From: an uncultured Gemmatimonadaceae bacterium
GTDB taxonomy: Bacteria; Gemmatimonadota; Gemmatimonadetes; Gemmatimonadales; Gemmatimonadaceae
NCBI GenBank assembly: GCA_963829055.1
Contig: CAWHHI010000017.1
Coordinates: forward strand, 32,001 to 96,000
Direction: 5' to 3'
DNA length: 64,000 bases
The notes under the pieces: model-generated
Seen by the model: only the letters and a program-made list of their open reading frames with translations
What the model was told of the DNA's origin: nothing
The model's database searches: none
In this document: positions 24,374-32,900 of the stretch, piece after piece
Layout: each line of letters starts with the position of its first letter
Position numbering within the stretch: position 1 is the stretch's first letter
Translations under genes and position numbers: made by a program

Positions 24374-24407
24374 CAGTTGGGGTCAGACTCGAGTCTGACC
24401 CCAACTG
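24374..24407. repeat. 34-bp perfect palindrome (family C)
   Basis: CAGTTGGGGTCAGACTC|GAGTCTGACCCCAACTG; related units at 32707-32765 and 8627-8641. Confidence 0.9.
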
Positions 24408-24500
24408 CGACCAGAACCATCAGCCCGGACGCCCTGTCCAAGCCTCTGACCTGACCGGCACGTCGCCGATCCAGACTCGAGCACCTCGGACGAGGGAGTC

Positions 24501-26951
24501 ATGCGCGACATCCTGCACGACCTTCGCTATTCCGTTCGGAGCCTCGCCCGGACGCCCGGCTTCGCCCTGCTCGCCATCCTGACGCTCGCGCTCGGCATCG
24601 GCGCCAACAGCGCCATCTTCAGCGTCATCAACGGCGTCATCCTCAAGCCGCTCGGCTACCCCCAGTCGGACCAGCTCGTGATGATCACGAGCCAGTTCCC
24701 TACCCTGGGGTTCGACAAGTTCTGGGTCTCACCACCCGAGTATTTCGACCTCCGCGAGCGCGCAAAATCGTTCAGCGAGATCGGCGCCTACCGATCGACC
24801 GCCGTGAACCTCAGCGAGGGGGATACGCCGGAGCGGGTCAACGCCGTCAGCGCGAGCTCGTCCCTCTTCAAGGTGCTCGGCGTCCCGGCCTACCGCGGGC
24901 GTGTGTTCAACGAGCAGGAGGACCTCCCGAACAGCGAACCGGTCGCGCTGGTCTCGTACGAACTGTGGCAGCGCGCGTTCGCCGGGAATGCAGGGTTGGT
25001 TGGGAAGCAGATCGATATCGAAGGCCGCAAGGTGCTGGTCCTCGGCATCATGCCCCGCGGCTTCGACATCCACGATGCCAAGGCCGAGGTCTGGTTTCCG
25101 CTGGGGCTCGACCCCGCGAACCGCCAGAATCGAGGCTCCCACTTCCTCTATCTCGTAGGACGGATGAAGCCGGGGGTGGGACTCCGTCAGGCGAACGCCG
25201 AGCTGAATCCGATGCTCGCGCAGTGGGGGCAGATCACGCCCAACACGCACGTACCGGATCCCGTGAACCATCGGATCCAGTACGCGTCGCTGCAGAGTGA
25301 CGTCGTCGGCAACATCGTGCGCGCACTGTGGGTCCTGCAGGTCGCCGTCGGATTCGTGCTGCTCATTGCCTGCGCGAACATGGCGAACCTGCTGCTCGCT
25401 CGCGCCGAATCCCGGCACCGCGAGTTCGCGATCCGCACGGCGCTAGGCGCGGGTCGTGGCCGTCTGCTGCGACAGTTCATGGCGGAAGGCGTGACGCTCG
25501 CGGTGCTGGGCGGCGCGGCTGGTCTCGCACTCGCGTACGGCGGGCTCAAGGCACTGATCGCGGCCAACCCGAACAGCCTTCCGCGATCCGCGGACATCGG
25601 GCTCGATGGGTCGGTGGTGCTGTTCACGGTGCTGACCGCCCTGCTCACGGGCGTCGTCTTCGGCCTCGCGCCACTCCTTCACGTTGGACAGCGTGCCGTG
25701 AGTCTCGCGCTCAAGGAAGGGGGGACGCGCACGACGGCGACCATCACGCGCAATCGTGTGCGTCGAGGTCTCGTGGTGACGGAGGTCGCGCTGGCGGTGA
25801 TGCTGGTGGTCGGCGCGGGGCTCATGCTCAAGAGCTTCTGGAAGCTCATGCGCTTCGATTCCGGCTTCGATCGTGCGAACGTGTCCACCTTCGGGCTCGT
25901 ACTCCCGGCGTCGAAGTATCAGGACCAACAGCGACGCGTCGCGTTTTTCCGCGACCTCACGAACCGGCTCAAGGAGACGCCCGGCGTGCAGGCCGCGGCG
26001 GCAATGCAGGGGCTGCCGCCGTTCCGCCCGGTCGACGCGAACGACACGCAGTTCGAGAACTACCAGCATGTGCAGGGTGGGCCGCCCGCGAACGTCGACT
26101 ACTACCAGTCGGCGACAGTCGACTACACGACGGCGATGAAGATTCCGGTGCTGGAAGGGCGAACGTTCGGGCCGCAGGACGGTGCGACGACGACACCGGT
26201 GGTGCTCGTCAACGAGACGCTCGCGAAGCTGTACTGGCCCAAGGAGAGCGCGCTCGGACATCGCATTCGCACGTGCTGCGGCGACAAGATCCCGTGGGCA
26301 ACGATCGTCGGTGTCATGAAGGACGTGAAGCAGGGCGGTATCGATCAGAAGACGGGCACGGAGCTGTACTTCCTGTACGATCAGACGGTGGCACTCTTCG
26401 GCGCCGCGCCGCGCAACATGAACGTCGTCGTGCGGTCGACGCTCCCGCTCGAATCGCTCGGCCGCGTGGTGCGTGAGCACGTGAACGCCATGGACCGCAC
26501 GCTTCCGATCGTGCAACTACGGACGATGGACGACGTGTTCGCCGATTCCGTGGCGCGGCAGCGGTTCCTCGCGCAGTTGCTCGCGATCTTCGGTGGGCTC
26601 GCGCTCGTGCTCGCCGCGGTCGGGACGTACGGCATCCTGTCGTATCTCGTGACCGAGCGGCAGCGAGAGATCGGCATCCGGATGGCGTTAGGCGCGGATC
26701 GTGGTCGCGTGCTGTCGATGGTGCTGCAGCAGGGTTTGTCGACGACCGTAATCGGTCTCGTGCTCGGCGTCGGCGGCGCACTCGGCCTCACGCGCCTGGC
26801 ATCGTCGCTTCTGTTCGAGGTCAAGCCCTCGGATCCGCTCACGTTCGTGGCAGTCGCGGGGATGATCACGCTCGTTGCCTTGCTGGCGTGTGTGGTTCCA
26901 GCGCGCCGAGCGACGCGGGTGGACCCAATGGTGGCACTGCGCGAGGAGTAG
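24501..26951 (+). CDS. ADOP-family ABC permease, intact (816 aa)
   Basis: DLRYSVRSLARTPGF, LLIACANMANLLL, two MacB_PCD/FtsX modules, ending RVDPMVALREE. Confidence 0.97.
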   Translation: MRDILHDLRYSVRSLARTPGFALLAILTLALGIGANSAIFSVINGVILKPLGYPQSDQLVMITSQFPTLGFDKFWVSPPEYFDLRERAKSFSEIGAYRSTAVNLSEGDTPERVNAVSASSSLFKVLGVPAYRGRVFNEQEDLPNSEPVALVSYELWQRAFAGNAGLVGKQIDIEGRKVLVLGIMPRGFDIHDAKAEVWFPLGLDPANRQNRGSHFLYLVGRMKPGVGLRQANAELNPMLAQWGQITPNTHVPDPVNHRIQYASLQSDVVGNIVRALWVLQVAVGFVLLIACANMANLLLARAESRHREFAIRTALGAGRGRLLRQFMAEGVTLAVLGGAAGLALAYGGLKALIAANPNSLPRSADIGLDGSVVLFTVLTALLTGVVFGLAPLLHVGQRAVSLALKEGGTRTTATITRNRVRRGLVVTEVALAVMLVVGAGLMLKSFWKLMRFDSGFDRANVSTFGLVLPASKYQDQQRRVAFFRDLTNRLKETPGVQAAAAMQGLPPFRPVDANDTQFENYQHVQGGPPANVDYYQSATVDYTTAMKIPVLEGRTFGPQDGATTTPVVLVNETLAKLYWPKESALGHRIRTCCGDKIPWATIVGVMKDVKQGGIDQKTGTELYFLYDQTVALFGAAPRNMNVVVRSTLPLESLGRVVREHVNAMDRTLPIVQLRTMDDVFADSVARQRFLAQLLAIFGGLALVLAAVGTYGILSYLVTERQREIGIRMALGADRGRVLSMVLQQGLSTTVIGLVLGVGGALGLTRLASSLLFEVKPSDPLTFVAVAGMITLVALLACVVPARRATRVDPMVALREE

Positions 26952-27025
26952 GGGCTCAGGAAGGAGGCCGGAGGCCTCAGGAAGGAGGAGGGCGGAAGGC
27001 GGGTGGCGGCGGCGGTGAAGCAAGC

Positions 27026-27162
27026 GTCATCCCGAGCGACAGCGAGGGACCTTCTCGAACGCTCTTGTGGCCGGCAGACCTACGATCGCGTCACAGCAGG
27101 TCCTCGCTTCGCTCGGGATGACACGCGGTCGCTCGGGATGACAACGCTTCCGCGAGGATGAC
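27026..27162. repeat. REP-like palindromic element, family A, right arm reiterated
   Basis: GTCATCCCGAGCG..GAGGGACCT..AGGTCCTCGC..GCTCGGGATGAC twice plus GAGGATGAC. Confidence 0.9.
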
Positions 27163-27212
27163 ATATTGGGCGCGGGAGCCATATTGGAGTAATGCCCAAA
27201 CCCCGGTGCGTC

Positions 27213-28449
27213 ATGCCCATCCGTCGGTCCTTCCGGTTCGTCGCTGCCGTGCTGCTGACCCTCCTCGTCCCGAGCCGAGTCCGGGCGCAGGAACCCGTGA
27301 CCGTCATCCGCGCCGCGCGCGTGCTCGACGGGACCGGGCGCGCCGTCCCGAACGCCATCATCGTCGTCCGCGGCTCGCGCATCGTCGCGCTCGGGCCTAA
27401 CGCGAGCATTCCCGCCGGCGCGCGCGTGTACGACCTCGGCGCGCTCACCGTGCTGCCCGGCATCATCGACGCGCACGACCACCTGGCGTGGCACTTCAAT
27501 CCGCAGGGCCGCTACCACGCCGGCAACGACGGCGAGACCGAGTTCGAGGGCGCGCTGGCGATTGCCGGCAACGCGAACGAGACGCTCCGCTCAGGCATCA
27601 CGACCGCCCAGAGCCTCGGCTCGCGTGAGGACAAGGCGCTGCGCGCCTCGATCGCGAGCGGCGCGATCCCCGGACCTCGACTGCTGACGTCACTCGTTCC
27701 GCTCACCGAGCGGAGCAGCCCGGACACGCTCCGCCAGCTCGTGCGCGAACGAAAGCAACAGGGCGCGGACGTGATCAAGCTGTTCGCGTCCAAGAGCATT
27801 CGCGATGGCGGCGCCCAGACCATGACGGACGAGCAGCTCGCCGCGGCCTGCGGTGAGGCGAAGAGCGTCGGTCTGCGCAGCGTCGTTCACGCCCATAGCG
27901 CGGAGAGCATGCGGGCGGCCGCGCTCGCCGGGTGCTCGCAGATCGAGCACGGTGTATTCGCCACGCCAGAGGTTCTCAAGCTGCTGGCCGAGCGGAAGGT
28001 GTACTTCGATCCGCAGGTGTGTCTCGTCTTCCGCAACTACCTCGACAACCGCGCGAAGTACAACGGCATCGGCAACTACAACGATTCCGGGTTCGCGTCG
28101 ATGGAGCGCGCGCTGCCACTGGCGGCGAAGATGTACAAGCAAGCGATCGCCACACCGGGGCTCGACGTCGTGTACGGCACCGACGCCGTCGCGGGCGCGC
28201 ACGGCCGGAACGTGGAGGAGCTGGTCTGTCGCGTACGCGACGGTGGCCAGAAGCCGATGGACGCGATCGTTGCGGCGACGTCGCTCAACGCGCGCGCGAT
28301 GGGAATGTCCGACTCGTTAGGTACGATCGCCGTCGGGCAAGCTCGCCGACATCATCGCCGTCGATGGCGATCCGTCGCGCGACATCGAGGCGTTGAGGCG
28401 CGTCCTGTTCGTGATGAAGAATGGCCGAGTGTACCGGAACGACCGTTAG
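27213..28449 (+). CDS. Exported metal-dependent amidohydrolase (imidazolonepropionase/prolidase-like); frameshift near 28340
   Basis: Signal peptide; [37 protein letters not shown] in the shifted frame. Confidence 0.92.
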
Positions 28450-28461
28450 GCAGGCCGCACA

Positions 28462-29441
28462 ATGCCACTGAGCGGCTACAACTTCACCGAGCGAGTGAGA
28501 AAGGTCCTCGCGATGGCACGCGAGGAGGCGGCTCGTCTTCACCACGAGTACGTGGGGACCGAGCACATCCTGCTCGCGTTAGTCCGCGAGGGCGAGGGCG
28601 TCGCCTCGACCGTCCTGCAGAATCTCAGCGTGCGATCTCGACGAGGTTCAGCAGAAGGTCGAAGACATCGTCAAGACGGGGAGAGCGTCGACGCGACGAC
28701 GGGGCCCGACTTGCCGTACACGTCGCGCGCCAAGAAGGTGCTCGAACTGGCCATGGCGAGGCCCGCGAGCTGAGTCACAGCTACGTCGGCACCGAGCACC
28801 TGCTCCTCGGTGTCATCGCCGAGGACAAAGGGATTGGCGCGCAGGTGCTGCAGTCTCAGGGGGTGACGCTCGAGCGTGCGCGCGCCGAGACCGTGAGGCT
28901 TCTGGGCCCCGAGCTGGCGCCGGCAACGTCTCGCCGATGCCGGCCGCGGCGCACCCGGCGGCGTCCAGGGTACGCGCGCTCGCGCAGTCCGTACGGCGTG
29001 GCGATCGTCGAGGACTTCACGGGCCGCGCACGCGACGCGCTCCGCGCGGCGTACGACGAGGCGAACAGCCGCCACCACGACGCGGTCGAGCTGTCGCACG
29101 TGCTGCTGGCGCTCGCGTCACGCGAGGACGGCATGGCGGCCGTGCTGCTCGATCAGGTCGATGGGCTCGCGGAAGCGGCGTCGTCGAGGCGCTGGTCGAG
29201 CGTCTGCCCGACAAGGAGAAGCCGCGCCGACCGCCAGCCGGTGCAGCTGTCGCCAGACACGCAGCAGGTGCTCGACAACGCGCTGGTCGAGGCGAGCAAG
29301 GACGGCCATCGTCGCGCGGGAACGCAGCATCTGCTGCTCGCGGCGCTCGATGCACTGCCGATTGCTCTGGCCGCCGCGTGCGCTCAGCTCGGGCTTACGG
29401 CGAAAGCGACGCGTACGGTGTATGAGAGAATGAGGGAGTAG
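28462..29441 (+). CDS. Stand-alone Clp protease N-terminal (Clp_N repeat) protein without AAA+ domain; frameshifted
   Basis: YNFTERVRKVLAMAREEAARLHHEYVGTEHILL; YTSRAKKVLE..HSYVGTEHLLLG; FTGRARDAL..VELSHVLLAL; GTQHLLLA; no Walker motifs. Confidence 0.88.
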
Positions 29442-29446
29442 AAGGC

Positions 29447-29572
29447 CGGGAACGGGGAACCGGGAGACGGGAACGGGGACTGGACGTGAAAACCCTCGGG
29501 AGGCTCACTCTCGCGAGAGAAGCGTCCCGAGGGTTGTCCCGTTCCCCGTTCCCAGTCTCCCAGCTTCCCGTC
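29447..29572. repeat. Inverted arrays of degenerate heptamers (GGGAACG-like) between convergent genes
   Basis: GGGAACGGGGAACCGGGAGACGGGAACGGGGAC on the left, TCCCGTTCCCCGTTCCCAGTCTCCCAG on the right. Confidence 0.7.
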
Positions 29573-30504
29573 TTACTGCTCGACCAGAATCAGATACTTC
29601 GATCCGCCCCAGAAGGCGTTCGGGTCCGAGATCTTGAGCGAGCCCTTCACCATGCCCTTCTTCGGATCCATGCGGCTCGGCGAAGTGCATGTCCTGCCGA
29701 GTCACGATGCGGTAGGTCTTGTTCGGATTCGGCAGGCTCGATGCGTGAGGTCCTTGAGCTTCGAGATCGTCTGGAACTGCGCCGGCTCGAGGTGCCGAGC
29801 GGCGACGATCGTCTTGCCACGGCCGAACATCAGCTTCGTGCCGCCTTCCTTCTTGATCACGCCGCGCTTGATCAGATCCTTCTCGGAACCGATCGCGACG
29901 AAGACCGAGTCCTCACGCGCCGTCATCTCGGTCGTGCGGGCGATGAGCACCGTGTTCGCGCCGGTCAGGCTGTCGACGCGCTGCGTGAGCGACGACGATC
30001 TCGGCCTGCTGACGCTCGACGGTCGCCTTCATGTCCTGGATCGAGCGCTCGTACTCGGCGAGCCGCTGAACCTGCTGCGAATCGACCTGCGCGTGCGCGA
30101 GCTCGTCCTGGCGCATCTTGCGGACGCGCGCTTCGCTGGCGTTGAGCCGCGAGATGAGCGCGCGGACCTTACCCTGAATCGTCTCGAGCTTGCTCGAGGC
30201 GTTCGCTTCGGTCTCGGCGACGTTCGAGACGGTCGATTTCTTGCTGGCCTTGATGCCGCGGACGGCGGAGAGGTCCTTGTCGATCTCGCTGATGAGGCGC
30301 GCGCTCGTGGCGGCGTCGCCGATGATCGCGCTCTGCTCGCTGAGCTGGCGCGTCTTCTCGGCGATCAGGCTGTCCTTCTGCCTGAGCAGTGAATCCTGGC
30401 CGGCGTAGCTGAGGGCGGGCGTGCCGTCGGCGTTGCTTACGGGGTTGCTCCTTGCACGCGACGGCCGTCGCGGCGAGAGCGAGGGCGAAAATTCGTCGGT
30501 TCAT
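29573..30504 (-). CDS. Coiled-coil lipoprotein, hypothetical; frameshifted
   Basis: Lipobox MNRRIFALALAATAVAC; long coiled coil; GSEKDLIKRGVIKKEGG; ends ISDPNAFWGGSKYLILVEQ. Confidence 0.8.
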
Positions 30505-30691
30505 GCGGTCTCCACGATTAGTGCCTGTATTTGATCGATCGAGACGACGAGGGCTGCGAATCGCGCCCAGGTCGATATTGTGACGATCGAAGCCTGAGTT
30601 GTGATACCAAGGTTGCTGTTTCGGCGCCGCAAACGGAGTGACGGCGGTCACAGCCGAATGGCTGAAATTTGTTAGGCGTGGCTAATCGGCT

Positions 30692-30847
30692 GTCATTCCG
30701 AGCGGAGCCATGTCATTCCGAGCGAGCGCCGGAGGCGCGGAGTCGAGGAATCGCGATCGTCCCGGTAGAGGGCCCTCTACCGGGACGGTCGTCGATTCCT
30801 CGACTGCGCTGCTCGCTCGCTCGGAATGACAACCCGCTCGGAATGAC
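30692..30847. repeat. REP-like palindromic element, family B (GTCATTCCGAG...CTCGGAATGAC), both arms duplicated
   Basis: GTCGAGGAATC..TCCCGGTAGAGGGCCCTCTACCGGGA..GATTCCTCGAC core. Confidence 0.9.
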
Positions 30848-31003
30848 CCTCTGCCTAACGAACAGGTCAGGTCGACCGGTCAAGCTTGGCTGAGCCGGAC
30901 GGACCGACCACGAATCGCGTAGCTCCGATCACCGCCTGGTGAGCTCGAGCGGTGGCATCGTCAACGATACTCGCGTCGACAGTGCCCTGATCCGGAGCTC
31001 CGC

Positions 31004-31460
31004 ATGCGCTCGATCATCCAATGCGGCGGCACCATAACGCTGCTCGCAACGCTGCTCGCGATCCCAACTGTCGCCCGCTCACAGGCGACCACCGCGCCAC
31101 ACACGCCGCGGGCACCGGTGTGGGCCACGCTCTCGCTCGGACGGGGCGACCTCAAGGTGAACTGTGCGATCTGCCGCACCACGGACCAGACCTCGTGGGC
31201 CGCGGATGTCACCGTTGGCGGGTGGATCAATGCGCGGACGACCCTCGGCGGCGAGCTCGGGGCATGGCGGCTCGCAGGCGACGAAGCCACGCAGCGGGTG
31301 ATGATGGTCAGCGCGGTGAGCCAACTCTATACGTCGTCGTGCCTCACGCGACACTCGTGCAGGGCTTCAACAGGCGCCTGTACCTCGACGACGAGAAGGT
31401 GACGAGCGGCTCGCAGTTGAAGCTCGTCCGCTTCGGTCTTGGGGTGGGGTGCGTCGATGA
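31004..31460 (+). CDS. Exported beta-strand protein (OMP-like) with CxxC; frameshifted, possibly internally deleted
   Basis: Signal peptide, NCAIC, VGGWINARTTLGGE, LVRFGLGVG. Confidence 0.55.
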
Positions 31461-32761
31461 GCCGCGCTGTTCGATGGGCTGTCACCGCCGTGGCCGTGTT
31501 CACTGGTGCCGTCGCCTGCGCGAGCGACGAAGTCGCCGCGCCAATGCCCGCGGTCGCAACCGATCCGTCCCGCGCGTTCAGCCTCTGGGCGCCAGGGCCT
31601 AACGACACATGCACGAAGGAGCAGCACGATGCGTACTCCGTCGTCGGCCCCGACGGCAAGCTGTATCCGACGTGGCATCCACCGGTCGATCCGGCATCCG
31701 GGTGTTCGTTCGGCCACGAGCATGGACGCGATCCGCACGGCTCGCATCTCTACCGACTCGTCGGTGACATGCCGTTAGGCGTCGCGAACGAGGCGCTGGA
31801 GACGTTCGACCCCGCGAATCCCCGCCGCGAGGACCACGTCGGTCACAAGATCGAGTGGGAGAACGACGTCCCAATGCGCGTGAACGCCGGCGTCGCGTCG
31901 GCCATCCTGCAGGTGACGTGCGACGTGATGATCAAGCTGCACCAGGGCACTCATTCGAAGGACGCATTCACGAACAACCTGCACGAGATGGTCTATCACA
32001 TCCGTTGCAACGACGGATCCGAGGCGCACCTGACGTTCATGGCGGCCATCGGAACGCCGGGCGAGTTCGTGCGCTCGTGCAACCAGGAGCAGAGCGTGAA
32101 GGTCGGCCCGGCGACGCCGCCGAACTCGCCTAACGGCGGCGGCCGGCGCATCATCCCGGACGCGGCGTGCGTGCAGCAGTTCCTCGTCATGAACGACGGC
32201 AACAGCTCGGACTTCGGCTCAGGCTTGCACGAGAGTTGGCAGACGTCGAACGACATCAGGACGGCCGACGGTCGCTCGATCGCGTCATTCGATCCGTACT
32301 TCCAGGTCAACTTCCCGAGCCGGTACTACGACCCTGCCCTGCCCGGCATCACGGCCGGCCTGTGGACCTTTGCTTCCTCCGACGACGCGCGCGCGGGCGG
32401 CGCGTGCCAGGAGTCGATCCGGAACGGCGCGACGGCCGGCGTCGCATACGACGACCCACGCTCGGCATTCAACGGCGTCGAGCGGTTCATCGACGTCAAC
32501 TCGATTCGTATCGACAACCGCGACGGTCCGGCGGTGTGGTACACGAACCCGTTTGGCCGAGGCGGCCGAACGGAGCCGTTCCCGGGCTCGGTCCGGCAGG
32601 TGCTCTCGAAGGTGAACAACAGCGCACTCCGGATCTCGGGCCCTGGCTTGGGCTTCGATCGATTCTACGGCGGCGCGAAGACGCACGCGCCGAACCCCGT
32701 CAGTGCGAGTCAGACTCGAGTCAGACGTCGGAACGATCAATCGAGTCAGACTCGAGTCTGA
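31457..32761 (+). CDS. Hypothetical His/Cys-rich lipoprotein
   Basis: Lipobox GAVAC; YPTWHPP, CSFGHEHGRDP, EDHVGHK, KLHQGTHS, NNLHE; intact ORF. Confidence 0.85.
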   Translation: MSRAVRWAVTAVAVFTGAVACASDEVAAPMPAVATDPSRAFSLWAPGPNDTCTKEQHDAYSVVGPDGKLYPTWHPPVDPASGCSFGHEHGRDPHGSHLYRLVGDMPLGVANEALETFDPANPRREDHVGHKIEWENDVPMRVNAGVASAILQVTCDVMIKLHQGTHSKDAFTNNLHEMVYHIRCNDGSEAHLTFMAAIGTPGEFVRSCNQEQSVKVGPATPPNSPNGGGRRIIPDAACVQQFLVMNDGNSSDFGSGLHESWQTSNDIRTADGRSIASFDPYFQVNFPSRYYDPALPGITAGLWTFASSDDARAGGACQESIRNGATAGVAYDDPRSAFNGVERFIDVNSIRIDNRDGPAVWYTNPFGRGGRTEPFPGSVRQVLSKVNNSALRISGPGLGFDRFYGGAKTHAPNPVSASQTRVRRRNDQSSQTRV

Positions 32762-32765
32762 CCCC
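32707..32765. repeat. Family C repeat cluster (GAGTCAGACTC units)
   Basis: GAGTCAGACTCGAGTCAGAC...GAGTCAGACTCGAGTCTGACCCC. Confidence 0.85.
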
Positions 32766-32900
32766 GTCTTCCGGGACGATAGCACGTCGCGCTCCGACAG
32801 CCGTCGTTCGAAAGAACGTGGGACGAACCGGCCAGGTATGGAAACCCCGACATGGGGTCGCGCCGTAGAGGAGGGACTCTGATCCCGCCGAGGCCGGAGC

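Noticed and set aside
25328..26516. Long Arg/Ala/Pro-rich overlapping and antisense ORFs, here and throughout
   Set aside because: Shadow ORFs expected in high-GC DNA over well-supported genes
27192..29441. 749-aa amidohydrolase-Clp_N fusion in the ORF track
   Set aside because: The middle is out-of-frame junk; the amidohydrolase stops at 28449 and the Clp_N gene has its own ATG at 28462
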